IMG/VR virus record: IMGVR_UViG_3300028833_000120
Span: 1 to 64,000 of that record
Direction: 5' to 3' (one strand)
DNA from: a virus
Taxonomy: Duplodnaviria > Caudoviricetes
Length of the DNA: 64,000 bases
The notes below the pieces were generated by a model. It was not told where the DNA came from and searched no databases. It worked only from the letters and a program-made list of their open reading frames with translations. Position 1 is the stretch's first letter. Each line of letters opens with the position of its first letter. Below are positions 1 through 10,595 of the stretch, in pieces. The position numbers and the translations under genes were made by a program.

Positions 1-212
1 TTGGATGAGTTTTTGTTATAACTCTCATATATATCACCCCCATCAATGACCTCAATTTCATCTTCCCTACCTTCGTCTCTTAAATCACATTCTTCATCGA
101 AACTGATGTCTTCACCATTGTGACATATTCTAGGTATATAAGATATACGACACAATCCGTCGAATCCTTTTTTCTTAAGAAGTTTTGCAACCTCAAATGA
201 TACAATATCCAT
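1..212 (-). CDS. Hypothetical phage protein, truncated by the window edge
   Basis: ATG at 212 opens MDIVSFEVAKLLKKKGFDG..., open to base 1; this kind of N-terminus is common in Bacteroidota phage proteins. Confidence 0.6.
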   Translation of the reverse strand, partial: MDIVSFEVAKLLKKKGFDGLCRISYIPRICHNGEDISFDEECDLRDEGREDEIEVIDGGDIYESYNKNSS

Positions 213-274
213 ATCTATTATTTTTTATTGTTTTCCTTTTTTTTAAAGATACTATTTTTTATTGAAAAAAAAAT

Positions 275-300
275 AAAGTCGTGGATTTTTCCACGACTTT
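275..300. terminator. Intrinsic terminator hairpin
   Basis: AAAGTCGTGG-attttt-CCACGACTTT perfect stem with A/T tails, right after the stop of 304..603. Confidence 0.75.
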
Positions 301-303
301 ATT

Positions 304-603
304 TTATAGATTTGAGTTCATATCCTCAAATTCAAACTCATAATCTGATGAAGGTGGGTTTGCAGTGGCTTGACCAGTTATCTCCGGATTAGATTGTCTT
401 ATGTCATTCTTCGTAGGAGTGAGAAGTTCTTTTGCAGTCTTGAAAACACCTTCTTGAATTTCATAGGTTCTCTTATCATGCTCGCCACTTTCGAACTTCT
501 TTACTTGTTCTTTATCTTTCAAGAAATCCAAAGAATGTTCCCTTGCAGATTTGAACCTTTTGTTGTACTCGTAATGGTCGAGTTCTTTTTTGTAATCTTT
601 CAT
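304..603 (-). CDS. Hypothetical protein (99 aa)
   Basis: Start moved to MKDYKKELD at 603, which avoids overlap with the upstream gene. Confidence 0.6.
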   Translation of the reverse strand: MKDYKKELDHYEYNKRFKSAREHSLDFLKDKEQVKKFESGEHDKRTYEIQEGVFKTAKELLTPTKNDIRQSNPEITGQATANPPSSDYEFEFEDMNSNL

Positions 604-625
604 ATTCAATATTTTATTTTTTTTC

Positions 626-2557
626 TTAATTTTCAGATATTTCCAATTTTTTTGGAAGACCATAAATCTTACCACCAATTTTTTCGGGGATACCATCGAG
701 TGATTCTAATTCATTATTTTGACAAAGAAAGTTTCTACCAACTTCTTTTGGAGCCCCTTTAAATGATGTCAATTTATTACGTCTACAATCAAAATTACCA
801 CCAACTTTTTCTGGAGACCCATCAAGTGATATCAATTCGTTGTCAATACAACAAAACTCTCCACCTACTTCTTTTGGAGCTCCTTTAAGTGATTTCAATT
901 TATTATTATAACACTCAAAATCACCACCGAATTTTTCTGGAGCACCTTCTAGTGTTGTTAATTTATTACTAGAACAAATAAATTTACCACCAATTTCTCT
1001 TGGAAACCATTCGAGTGATGTTAATTCATTACACCTACAATCAAAATCTCCACCGACTTTTTCGGGACTGCCTTCAAGTGTTGTTAATTTATTTTTTTCA
1101 CAACTAAAATTACCACCTACTTCTTTTGGGACTCCTTCAAGTGATATCAAGTTATTATTATAACAATCAAAATCTCCATTAATTTTTTCTGGAGACCACT
1201 CAAGTGATGTCAATTCATTATTTGCACAAAGAAAGTTTCTACCTACTTCTTTCGGAGCACCTTTAAGTGATGTCAATTTATTATGTATACAATCAAAATC
1301 TCCACCGACTTTTTCCGGAGCTCCTTCGAGTGATGTCAATTTATTGCTAGAACAATCAAAATTTCCACCGACTTTTTCGGGAGCACCTTCTAGTGTTGTT
1401 AATTTATTACTAGAACAAATAAATTTACCACCAATTTCTCTTGGAAATCCTTCAAGTGATGTCAATTCACTAAAACTACAATTAAAATCACCACTAACTT
1501 TATTAAATAATATATTTACTGATAAGTTTTTATGATTAAAATCTATATCACCATCATAATCAATAACTGGTTTACCATTTTTTTCTTCAATGAATTTTAT
1601 TTTTTTAGCGTTAAATTTAAAATTGTTCCAATCTAAAATCAACTTTTTCTTATATATAAAAGATTTTTTTCTATCAATTTGAACCAAATAAAAATCATCA
1701 GTTATCTTATTAACTTTATCAAATAACGTATTTGTATCCACACCTCTTTCAAGTTCTAACTGAATATTGTATTTATTAAATCTTGCACCTTTTTGAGAAG
1801 GTTTGAAAACCTCAAAGAAATTCATATTTATAATCCTACTCACTTGTTCGGGTGTACAAAGATTTTTATTATTTTCTCCCTTAAACTCATGGTTATATCT
1901 AGTTGTTATATATAAAGGCATTCCGTTATAATCAACACATACTGAAATCATTGATAAACCATACTCATTCAAAGGAGCATCTTTATCATCTTTTTTTACA
2001 TTTTTAAATCCTTTTTTTAAACAAAAATAGAATTGATTCATTCCATCACATGAATATGAATCAAAATGACTTTTATTGTGAGTGACACACCAAGTGGTGA
2101 ATTTTCTATATTTTGAAGCGTCTTGATAAGAATCAATTTTAACTATTTCATAATCACTATCTCCAGTGAACTTCATTCTTTTGACATAATTAATTTCCTC
2201 TTCGGTTTCCTTTTTCTGTATCGGAAGGAATCTTTGAAAAATCTCTTCTTTACTCAATCCATTGAGATTATGGTCGTATTCAGATAAGTGAGGTTCAACA
2301 GAAATGATTTTTAACATACTATTCATTGTAGATATATCATTTGCATTCTGTAACTCTCTATCAGCATACATTCTACATATACCATACAAAAATTTATATG
2401 CTGGTCTTTCACTATGTTCAAGTTCAGAGAAATCATGTTTTACTGCATTTATAATTTTAGATGGATTATTATATCCTTTTGACCTTAACATTCTCTTTGT
2501 CTTGTCTTCCTTTGATTCCAATATAAGAAAACTTTCTAAATCTAATATATTTTTCAT
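626..2557 (-). CDS. Leucine-rich-repeat protein (22-aa LTSLEGAPxxVGGxFxCxxN repeats) with conserved N-terminal domain
   Basis: About 12-13 tandem 22-aa repeats; N-terminal ~330 aa highly similar to 2589..4367. Confidence 0.85.
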   Translation of the reverse strand: MKNILDLESFLILESKEDKTKRMLRSKGYNNPSKIINAVKHDFSELEHSERPAYKFLYGICRMYADRELQNANDISTMNSMLKIISVEPHLSEYDHNLNGLSKEEIFQRFLPIQKKETEEEINYVKRMKFTGDSDYEIVKIDSYQDASKYRKFTTWCVTHNKSHFDSYSCDGMNQFYFCLKKGFKNVKKDDKDAPLNEYGLSMISVCVDYNGMPLYITTRYNHEFKGENNKNLCTPEQVSRIINMNFFEVFKPSQKGARFNKYNIQLELERGVDTNTLFDKVNKITDDFYLVQIDRKKSFIYKKKLILDWNNFKFNAKKIKFIEEKNGKPVIDYDGDIDFNHKNLSVNILFNKVSGDFNCSFSELTSLEGFPREIGGKFICSSNKLTTLEGAPEKVGGNFDCSSNKLTSLEGAPEKVGGDFDCIHNKLTSLKGAPKEVGRNFLCANNELTSLEWSPEKINGDFDCYNNNLISLEGVPKEVGGNFSCEKNKLTTLEGSPEKVGGDFDCRCNELTSLEWFPREIGGKFICSSNKLTTLEGAPEKFGGDFECYNNKLKSLKGAPKEVGGEFCCIDNELISLDGSPEKVGGNFDCRRNKLTSFKGAPKEVGRNFLCQNNELESLDGIPEKIGGKIYGLPKKLEISEN

Positions 2558-2588
2558 ATAATTGTTTTTATCTATGAGTATATTTAAG

Positions 2589-4367
2589 TTATTTAATTAA
2601 TTTACCCTCAATTTTTCTTGGAGCACCTTCAAGTGATGTTAAATCATTATTGTGACAATCAAAATATCCACCAACTTTGTCTGGAGCACCTTCAAGTGAT
2701 GTTAAATCATTATTGTGACAATCAAAATTTCCACCAACTTCCCTTGGAGCACCTTCAAGTGATGTTAATTTATTATTTTGACAATAAAAATCTTCACCAA
2801 CTTCTCTTGGAGCACCCTCAAGCGATGTTAAATCATTATTGTGACAATCAAAATATCCACCAACTTTGTCTGGAGCACCTTCAAGTGATGTTAAATCATT
2901 ACGAAAACAATCAAAATTTCTACCAACTTTGTCTGGAGCACCTTCAAGTGATGTTAATTTATTATAGGAACAATCAAAATCTCCACCAACTTCGTCTGGA
3001 GCACCTTTAAGTGATGTCAATTTATTATTTTGACAAGCAAAATATCCACCAACTTCCCTTGGAGCACCTTCAAGTGATGTTAAATCATTATTGTGACAAT
3101 CAAAATATCTACCAACTTTTTCTGGAGAGCCTTCAAGTGATGTTAATTTATTATCACTACAATTAAATCTTCCACCAACTTCTCTTGGGGCACCTTTAAG
3201 TGATGTTAATTTATTATCAATACAAATAAAATTTCCAACGACTTTTTTCGGAGAACCTTCAAGTGATGTTAATTGATTAGAAGAACATATAAAGTCACCA
3301 CTAACTCTATTAAAATATATTGGAAGTGACGATAGTTTATTCCCATTAAGTTTTACATCACCATCATAGTTAATAACCGGTTTATCATTTTTTTCTTTAA
3401 TAAATTTTATTTTTTTACAATCAAATTCAAAATCATCCCAATCAAAAAGTAAATTTTTCTTATATATAAAAGATTGTTTTTTATCAATTTGAACCAAATA
3501 GAAATCATTAGTTATTTTATCTACTTTATCAAATAATGAATTTATATCTACACCTTTTTTAAGTTTTTCTTGAATATTATACTTATTAAATTTTTCACCT
3601 TTTTCCGAAGGTTTAAAAACTTCAAAAAAGTTCATGTTTATAACTTCACTGACTTGTCTAGGAGAACAAAAGTTTTCATTATTTTCTCCATCAAAATCGT
3701 GGTTATATCTAGTTGTGATATATAAAGGCATTCCGTTATAATCAACACATACTGAAATCATTGATAAACCATAGTCGTTCAAAGGGGCGTCTTTATCATC
3801 TTTTTTTACATTTTTGAATCCATTTCTCAAACAAAAATAGAATTGATTCATTCCATCACATGAGTATGAATCGAAATTTTTATTACTTTTGGTAACACAC
3901 CAAGAAGTATATGATTTGTATTTTGAAGCATCTTGATAAGAATCAATTTTAACTATTTCATAATCACTACCTCCAGTGAATTTCATTCTTTTGACATAAT
4001 TAATTTCCTCTTCAGTTTCTTTTTTCTGTATAGGAAGGAATCTTTGAAAGATTTCATCCTTACTTAATCCATTGAGATTATTGTCATATTCGGACAAATG
4101 TGGTTCAACAGAAATGATTTTCAGCATACTATTCATTGTAGATATATCATTTGCATTTTGTAACTCCCCATCAACATACATTCTGCACACACCGTACAAA
4201 AATTTATATGCCGGTCTTTCTGTGTGTTCAAGTTCAGAGAAATCATGCTTTACTGCATTTATGATTTCAGATGGATTATCATATCCTTTTGACCTTAACA
4301 TTCTTTTTGTCTTGTCTTCTTTTGATTCCAATATAAGAAAACTTCCTAAATCTAATATATTTTTCAT
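2589..4367 (-). CDS. Leucine-rich-repeat protein, tandem paralogue
   Basis: About 11 repeats of LTSLEGAPxxVGGxFxCxxN; near-identical N-terminus MKNILDL.SFLILESKEDKTKRML. Confidence 0.85.
   Translation of the reverse strand: MKNILDLGSFLILESKEDKTKRMLRSKGYDNPSEIINAVKHDFSELEHTERPAYKFLYGVCRMYVDGELQNANDISTMNSMLKIISVEPHLSEYDNNLNGLSKDEIFQRFLPIQKKETEEEINYVKRMKFTGGSDYEIVKIDSYQDASKYKSYTSWCVTKSNKNFDSYSCDGMNQFYFCLRNGFKNVKKDDKDAPLNDYGLSMISVCVDYNGMPLYITTRYNHDFDGENNENFCSPRQVSEVINMNFFEVFKPSEKGEKFNKYNIQEKLKKGVDINSLFDKVDKITNDFYLVQIDKKQSFIYKKNLLFDWDDFEFDCKKIKFIKEKNDKPVINYDGDVKLNGNKLSSLPIYFNRVSGDFICSSNQLTSLEGSPKKVVGNFICIDNKLTSLKGAPREVGGRFNCSDNKLTSLEGSPEKVGRYFDCHNNDLTSLEGAPREVGGYFACQNNKLTSLKGAPDEVGGDFDCSYNKLTSLEGAPDKVGRNFDCFRNDLTSLEGAPDKVGGYFDCHNNDLTSLEGAPREVGEDFYCQNNKLTSLEGAPREVGGNFDCHNNDLTSLEGAPDKVGGYFDCHNNDLTSLEGAPRKIEGKLIK
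2610..3310 (-). repeat. 66-bp tandem repeat array encoding LRR units (a second array lies at about 680-1500)
   Basis: Recurring GGAGCACCTTCAAGTGATGTTAA on the + strand at 66-nt spacing. Confidence 0.85.
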
Positions 4368-4379
4368 ATTCTTTTTTTT

Positions 4380-7300
4380 TTACCAATTAACGTCATCACC
4401 TCCGAAATACAAGGCGAATCCAGCTTCAAGTTGTGTTATATTTACAAATATTTTTTCACCCGTTCCTTGACCGTTGTCTATTACACAGAACAAAGTATCT
4501 TCAGCAGTGAGATAATAAAAACCTTGTTGGATAAATTTTCCCTCATGTTGTTTTAATTCACTTTCGTGTGCAAACTCACGACTCAAAACTATTGCATTTT
4601 TAATACCCTCAAATTGAGTTTTTCTCAAGTAATACTCATCAACCCACACTTTTTTGGCAAATGCACTAGCTTCTTCTCTTGTAACACAATCATTATCAGT
4701 ATAATTTATTATACTTGATATTTTTGCATAAATGTTTTCTGCATCTTGTTTGGTGAGATATATATTGTCTGCAACATCCTTTTCGAGGAATATTGAGTAG
4801 ATGTCATCGGCCTTCATATAGTCCGACAATTTGAACTTCTTCATATAGAACTCATCCACCCAAATCTTTTTGGCAAATGCAGTAAGAGACTCTCTTATCT
4901 CGGAAAGTTGGTCATTTGTTGCATATTTTGAAAACTTATTGTTTATTTCGGTAATTTTCTGTGACAGCAACTCGTTGATTGAATCACTGGTCATATAGTT
5001 TTCAAGTGTTTTGCTGAGATAAACAATCGAAGTATATTTTTTTAGTTCATTCAGAAGTTCGTTATTACCAATAAAATTGGTACTTACCCAAGTTTTTTGA
5101 GCGAGAGTTGGAATAACCGAACTCACAGAAGAAAGTTGTTCCTTTGTTGCATATTTGTACAATTTATTATTTAAATTAGAAGTCTTTTGTAAAAGAGACT
5201 CCTTTGTTGCATAATCTTTAAGTTTCTCATCAATATAATCATGAGTTGCATATCCACTTTCACTCAAATTTATTAGTTCTCCACCTGAACTTTCAATAAA
5301 ATCACCTTTTCTGACAAAATTATCACTTACCCAAGTCTTTTGAGCAAAATTGTCCATTTTATTTCTAATATTAGACACTTGTGTACGTGTTGCAAATTTT
5401 GACATTTTGTCGTTTATCTCAATCGATAGTTGCCTTACTTTTTCATCGGCAACACCTTTTTCCTCAAATTTATCAAGTTCTTTATTTATATATTCTAGTG
5501 TTGCATATTTTTCAAGTTTTTCATTAAATTCTAACTTTTTCAAATAAAACTCATTAATCCATGTTTTTTTTGCAAATGTAGAATAAATATCTGAGTTCAA
5601 TTTATTTATTTGTTCTTTTGTTGCAAATCTTAATAATTTATTGTCTATCTCTGTTACTACGTGTTCAATTTCGTCGTTTACTGTTGATAAATTTTCATTT
5701 AAAACAAAAAAATTTGAATTTACATATTCAAGCGATGCATAATCATTAAGACTTTTCATTAAATCGGTTTTACGAAGATAAAATTCATCGACCCATGGTT
5801 TTTTTGCAAAAGACCCCAAACTTGAACTTAATGAAGAAATCTGCTCATTTGTTGCAAATCTAGATAATTTACTATTTATTTCTGTAATTTTATCATCAAT
5901 AGATTCATCTTGACCGATTATTTTTTCTATTCTATCATTCACATATTCAAGTGATGCATATTTTTTAAGTTTGGTATCTATGTCTGATTTTTGTAGATAA
6001 AACTCATCGACCCATGTTTTTTTTGCAAAAGAATCAATATCACTATTCAAAAGAGAAACTTGTTCCTTTGTTGCAAATTTGGATAATTTATTGTTTATTT
6101 CAGATATAATACCATTTATCCTTTCATCAATCATACCGTTATCATCACCCATTTTTTCTATTCTATCATTCACATATTCAAGTGATGCATATTTTTTAAG
6201 TTTGGTATCTATGTCTGATTTTTGTAGATAAAATTCATCGACCCATGTTTTTTTTGCAAAAGAACCGATAGTGTCGTTCAAAAGTGAAATCTGTTCCTTT
6301 GTTGCAAATTTGGATAATTTATTGTTTATTTCTGTTATGACGTTATTTATCCTTTCATCAATAACACCACTATCGTCACTTATTTTTTCTATTTTATCAT
6401 TCACATATTCAAGCGATGCATAATCATTAAGACTTTGCATAAAATCGGTTTTACGGAGATACCAATCATCCACCCACGATTGAGTTGCAAACAACAACAA
6501 TTTTTCATTGATGTCTTCTTTTGTTTCAATTATAGATAAATCTGATTTCTTTAAAAATGAAGAATCAGCAACATCTTTTTTAAGATATTCATTTGCATCA
6601 TTTTTTGTCAAGTACTCATCAAGTACCTCATCAACAGATTCTTTTGTCACATAGTTATTCTGCAACTCATTTTTTGTTGCAAAAGTATTGTTTGCAGTAG
6701 TTTTTAAAATATACTTGTTATTTACATCTTCTTTTGTTGCATATATAGAACCGACTTCACTTTTCTTTAAGTAGGGTTTCAATGATTCCGTGAGTTGGTT
6801 TCTTGTTATATAGTTCTGAACTTTTTCTAAAAATTCAGCCTCATCTATATATAATTTATTGGCATCATCTTTTGATAGATAAATAGATTCAGCAAGAGAA
6901 GTCTTTAGATATCCATTCAATTTTGTATCCAATTCTCCGGATGATATTCTTTTGTTGGCTTCAGACCTTACCTCATTAATTGAATTTGCAAGTCTGTCAC
7001 AATAAGCATAAAGACTTCTGTTTGAAGTTTGTAAACTTTTTATATCTTCTATAAGGGATAATGGTTCGTCCAACAAACCAAATTCTTCTTTGGTAAGAAG
7101 ATAGTTTTTTGAATAGTTTTCAAGAGCTTGTTTTGTTATGATATTCTCGATTGGCGAACCTATTATATTTACAAGTTCATCTACAAGTGACAAATTTGTT
7201 ACATAGTCATGTTCGGTGAGCCAGGCGTCGAGTTCAGATTTTTTTACAGCATCTTTAATATTGTTATCTGAAGCAAAAACAGATAGTTTATGTCTCTTAT

Positions 7301-7448
7301 TATCCCAATCAAAATAAAACTCATTGGTATCACTTGTATGATATAGTTTTCCGTTTGAAGGTGTCTTTATACTACACAATTCATCATATGTGCAAGTTAT
7401 AACCTCCAAATAATCAACAGCAAGATTCGTGTTGTCTTGTGTGTTCAT
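4380..7448 (-). CDS. Long repeat-rich fibrous protein, putative fibre/virion protein
   Basis: About 75-77-aa repeats (FATKEQ...FAKKTWVDEFYL...YASLEYVN); near-identical DNA copies 231 bp apart (about 5920-6030 and 6150-6260); late promoter upstream. Confidence 0.55.
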   Translation of the reverse strand: MNTQDNTNLAVDYLEVITCTYDELCSIKTPSNGKLYHTSDTNEFYFDWDNKRHKLSVFASDNNIKDAVKKSELDAWLTEHDYVTNLSLVDELVNIIGSPIENIITKQALENYSKNYLLTKEEFGLLDEPLSLIEDIKSLQTSNRSLYAYCDRLANSINEVRSEANKRISSGELDTKLNGYLKTSLAESIYLSKDDANKLYIDEAEFLEKVQNYITRNQLTESLKPYLKKSEVGSIYATKEDVNNKYILKTTANNTFATKNELQNNYVTKESVDEVLDEYLTKNDANEYLKKDVADSSFLKKSDLSIIETKEDINEKLLLFATQSWVDDWYLRKTDFMQSLNDYASLEYVNDKIEKISDDSGVIDERINNVITEINNKLSKFATKEQISLLNDTIGSFAKKTWVDEFYLQKSDIDTKLKKYASLEYVNDRIEKMGDDNGMIDERINGIISEINNKLSKFATKEQVSLLNSDIDSFAKKTWVDEFYLQKSDIDTKLKKYASLEYVNDRIEKIIGQDESIDDKITEINSKLSRFATNEQISSLSSSLGSFAKKPWVDEFYLRKTDLMKSLNDYASLEYVNSNFFVLNENLSTVNDEIEHVVTEIDNKLLRFATKEQINKLNSDIYSTFAKKTWINEFYLKKLEFNEKLEKYATLEYINKELDKFEEKGVADEKVRQLSIEINDKMSKFATRTQVSNIRNKMDNFAQKTWVSDNFVRKGDFIESSGGELINLSESGYATHDYIDEKLKDYATKESLLQKTSNLNNKLYKYATKEQLSSVSSVIPTLAQKTWVSTNFIGNNELLNELKKYTSIVYLSKTLENYMTSDSINELLSQKITEINNKFSKYATNDQLSEIRESLTAFAKKIWVDEFYMKKFKLSDYMKADDIYSIFLEKDVADNIYLTKQDAENIYAKISSIINYTDNDCVTREEASAFAKKVWVDEYYLRKTQFEGIKNAIVLSREFAHESELKQHEGKFIQQGFYYLTAEDTLFCVIDNGQGTGEKIFVNITQLEAGFALYFGGDDVNW

Positions 7449-7470
7449 ATAAAGTTCTATTTATTTTATA

Positions 7471-7496
7471 TATTTATGATTTTTTTGTTATATTTA
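7471..7496. promoter_or_regulatory. Back-to-back promoters: late CATAAATA (- strand, 7471-7478) and early/middle TTTTGTTATATTTA (+ strand, 7483-7496)
   Basis: Both motifs recur about 18-20 times upstream of correctly oriented genes. Confidence 0.75.
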
Positions 7497-7524
7497 ATAC
7501 ATAAAAACAATTAAAATAATAACT

Positions 7525-7971
7525 ATGGATTTAAACGAAAGATTTAATGTATTAGTGCAAGGTGTTGAAATTGCACAAAAAAGTGGAGTTCTTACTTTAG
7601 ATGATGCAGTTAAAGCAAAAACTGCAATTGATTCCATCCAAAAAGGTGAAAAATTGAGAGAAGAATTATCCAAACTCGTAGAGATTTGTGAATTTGCTCA
7701 AAAGAAAGGTGTGTATAATCTTGCAGATGCACATACAATTTTCCTTGCCGCTGACCAGATTGGTGCAGAAATTGATAAATTCTTGATTAGTCAAGAGAAA
7801 CCACACGAAGTACCCTATAATGATGTGGAAAAAGAAGAGGAAAAAGAAGAAAGTGAATCATGGGGAGAAAATATTCCAAATGGAACCAAGTATGTAGAAG
7901 ATTGTGAAAAACTAGAGGAAATCAAGGAATCTGAAGGGAAAAAGAAATCATCTAAGAAAAAGAGTAAATAA
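7525..7971 (+). CDS. Hypothetical protein with duplicated helical motif (AQKxGVxxLxDA)
   Basis: Clean ORF with promoter and terminator. Confidence 0.75.
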   Translation: MDLNERFNVLVQGVEIAQKSGVLTLDDAVKAKTAIDSIQKGEKLREELSKLVEICEFAQKKGVYNLADAHTIFLAADQIGAEIDKFLISQEKPHEVPYNDVEKEEEKEESESWGENIPNGTKYVEDCEKLEEIKESEGKKKSSKKKSK

Positions 7972-7987
7972 AACACCAATAGGAACG

Positions 7988-8019
7988 AAAAAAAGGGGGT
8001 CTCTAAGACCTCCTTTTTT
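7988..8019. terminator. Bidirectional terminator
   Basis: AAAAAAAGGGGGTC-tctaa-GACCTCCTTTTTT between convergent genes. Confidence 0.75.
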
Positions 8020-8055
8020 ATTTTTGGATAAAGTGTTCATAAAAATAGAAACGGG

Positions 8056-8607
8056 TCAAAATAGACCCGTTTCTATTAGTTTTATAGAAGCTATTGCACC
8101 AAGTATTCCTCTCGTGTGTTCTTTGAGTTCAACATCATTTTCCACAAGGTTTACAACAACCTCATCATCTGTTGCAAGTGATGTTTGGATATCTACATCT
8201 TTCCATCTACGAAAACCTTTTTCACAAGTCACCACAATTCTTTCATACCAGTCGAGAGGGAATCTTTCTTTCATTCTCTCTATATTTCTACCGAGCTCAT
8301 AGAAGCAAATTGGCTGGTCTGACTCCAACGTGTTTGCAAAATACATAGAAAACACGTCACACTTTTCAAGCATTTCAAACTCCCATCTGATTTGTTCTTC
8401 GGAGGCCGATGGGTCATTGATTGGAAAATTAGGTCTTCTTGGATTTATTAGATAAATATCAACATCTGATTCCATTTCAACATTTGTGAAATTTTTAATG
8501 ATTCTGTCTTGCCACATCGGACATTTCTGAATACCACCGGCGAGAAAAACCTTTATCGAGTTTTTAGTAAAATTTACCATTTCTGGTGCAGTAATTACTT
8601 TAATCAT
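8056..8607 (-). CDS. Nucleoside 2-deoxyribosyltransferase-like protein
   Basis: VFLAGGIQKCPMWQ, NPRR, EQIRWEF and ICFYELG motifs. Confidence 0.75.
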   Translation of the reverse strand: MIKVITAPEMVNFTKNSIKVFLAGGIQKCPMWQDRIIKNFTNVEMESDVDIYLINPRRPNFPINDPSASEEQIRWEFEMLEKCDVFSMYFANTLESDQPICFYELGRNIERMKERFPLDWYERIVVTCEKGFRRWKDVDIQTSLATDDEVVVNLVENDVELKEHTRGILGAIASIKLIETGLF

Positions 8608-8624
8608 ATCTTGTTATTATTTTA

Positions 8625-9464
8625 TTAATTCCAATACAAACTTTCGAAAACATCTTTGTTCGTCATGCCTTCTTTTGTTCGACGGAACGAACTGTTCTTA
8701 CTGTCTATATATACCTTGTTAATATAGCAATCAATCGGTACAACAAGAGAACCATTTGACTTACCATCAAAACTTAAGACAAATTTAATATCCATCGTGT
8801 TCAATATTCTTAACTGATTGAAAAAATCATCGAAAACTACTCTACCAAAATATCTGTTTATCCGTGTGTTGTCATAAGGAGGGTCAAGATAAAGAAAGTC
8901 TCCTTCTTCAATTTCTTCAAATATGTCTTTGTAATCACAACATCTGAATGTCACCTCGTTTACATTTAAAAGTTCACTCCAATCCATAATCACCGGTTGA
9001 AGTCTTTTTGGCTTTATTCCGTCACGAGTCAAATGAAATGTTCCATTGAACTCTTTATGTTTATTGTACCTTGGTATTCCGTTTGTACAAGTTCTCATTA
9101 TGAAGAAAAACAACATAGGATTTCTCGTTTTGTTAAACTCATTTCTGATTTCTTCGAAATATGCACGTTTCATCCCTTTGTTATCTATAGACTGCATTTT
9201 TGACCACATTTTACTGTACTCATCGAACAATTCTTCTGGATTATCCTTTATAACATTCCACAAATCAATTAAATCCGGATTGGTATCTGAACATACAAAA
9301 TCACGAGCAAACTTCTCATCAGACACCATGAGTTGATACAAGACCGAACATCCACCACAAAATGGTTCGTAGTATGTTCCCATATATTTTGGGAAATAGG
9401 ATATTATCTGCTCACTTTGTATTCTTTTACTTCCCGACCATTTTATAATTGGTTGAAAATCCAT
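8625..9464 (-). CDS. D12-class (Dam-like) DNA N6-adenine methyltransferase
   Basis: IKWSGSK, YYEPFCGGCSV (motif I) and YLDPPY (motif IV). Confidence 0.9.
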   Translation of the reverse strand: MDFQPIIKWSGSKRIQSEQIISYFPKYMGTYYEPFCGGCSVLYQLMVSDEKFARDFVCSDTNPDLIDLWNVIKDNPEELFDEYSKMWSKMQSIDNKGMKRAYFEEIRNEFNKTRNPMLFFFIMRTCTNGIPRYNKHKEFNGTFHLTRDGIKPKRLQPVIMDWSELLNVNEVTFRCCDYKDIFEEIEEGDFLYLDPPYDNTRINRYFGRVVFDDFFNQLRILNTMDIKFVLSFDGKSNGSLVVPIDCYINKVYIDSKNSSFRRTKEGMTNKDVFESLYWN

Positions 9465-10574
9465 TTAAAATCCTATTTTTTTCTCTTCTTCGACAAATTT
9501 GTTTTCACCGGAAAACAATTCTGCAAGTGATATATCTTTATCGGGTTCTTTCAAACCAAGTCTCTTTGCCGCCTCGATAGCACGTTCCTTTTTCAATTTA
9601 CCAAAGTCATACTTCATTCTGCAACGGCCGGGTCTAAGGAGAGCACTATCAATATTTTTTTCATTTGTGTTAAATGTACAGATAAATTTTATGTTGAGGG
9701 CATCTGCAAGTAGACCATCACTCATATTCAACATGTCTGCAACTGCTGAACTTCTCGTATTATTTTTTGTAACAACTAAATTCTCACAATCTTCAATGAC
9801 AAATACACAATTTTTATTACTCATAAGAAACGATAAAAATTGTGGACTAGTTATATCATTTACAAGATTTGATGGTACATATACAAACTTCTTATTATTC
9901 TTTAGTTGTTTAATCAAATGTCTTATATATGTGGTCTTGCCAGTGCCGGCATCACCATGTAAGATATACAAACCATTGTCATCTTCCTTGATACTTCTCA
10001 CGATTTCTTTGTTAATTTCCTCAAACCCTTCGTTATACAGTCCGAAATCCAATTCACTTTTCAATTTTATTTCAAAAGATTCCATGTAAAAATCATGTGC
10101 ATGTGCTATAATATTGCACATGACCCTGTTGTTGTCACCAACATAATCCAAAAGATATTTGTCTATTACGGATTTAATAATATCTTTATTCTTATGTGTA
10201 AGAATGTCTATTCCTGGCCAACTATTTCCAAAAGAAATTAAACATTCGTCATTAAACACAATAAAACCATTGATAAAAATATCATTCAATATAATTTCTT
10301 CTTCGTGGTCATCAAACATATCAGTCTCATCTGTATTTGAATATCCAGCACAAAAATTGGTAAATCCGTCAGCAATTAATTTATTATAAAGACTTTCAAC
10401 CTTTTTTAGTCTATCATTACGACCATTATAAGAAATACTAAACGAACAATGTATAGTTGGGTAAAATCCAAAAATAGAAGAGTATACAGTTTTCTCATCA
10501 TCAAGATGTGTTCTCAAAACGGCTGTGTTTTCTATAGTTTTATCCGTGCCGTATAGTTTAAATATTTTTTCCAT
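9465..10574 (-). CDS. AAA+ ATPase
   Basis: Walker A GDAGTGKT, Walker B FVIEDCE, SRH IDSALLRPGR; C-terminal KIGF. Confidence 0.9.
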   Translation of the reverse strand: MEKIFKLYGTDKTIENTAVLRTHLDDEKTVYSSIFGFYPTIHCSFSISYNGRNDRLKKVESLYNKLIADGFTNFCAGYSNTDETDMFDDHEEEIILNDIFINGFIVFNDECLISFGNSWPGIDILTHKNKDIIKSVIDKYLLDYVGDNNRVMCNIIAHAHDFYMESFEIKLKSELDFGLYNEGFEEINKEIVRSIKEDDNGLYILHGDAGTGKTTYIRHLIKQLKNNKKFVYVPSNLVNDITSPQFLSFLMSNKNCVFVIEDCENLVVTKNNTRSSAVADMLNMSDGLLADALNIKFICTFNTNEKNIDSALLRPGRCRMKYDFGKLKKERAIEAAKRLGLKEPDKDISLAELFSGENKFVEEEKKIGF

Positions 10575-10595
10575 TTTGTAAATTTTAATCTTTTG

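Noticed and set aside
680-3310. CRISPR array
   Set aside because: The 66-bp units are in-frame coding repeats without unique spacers, and there are no cas genes; the 19881 nuclease is a generic PD-(D/E)xK enzyme
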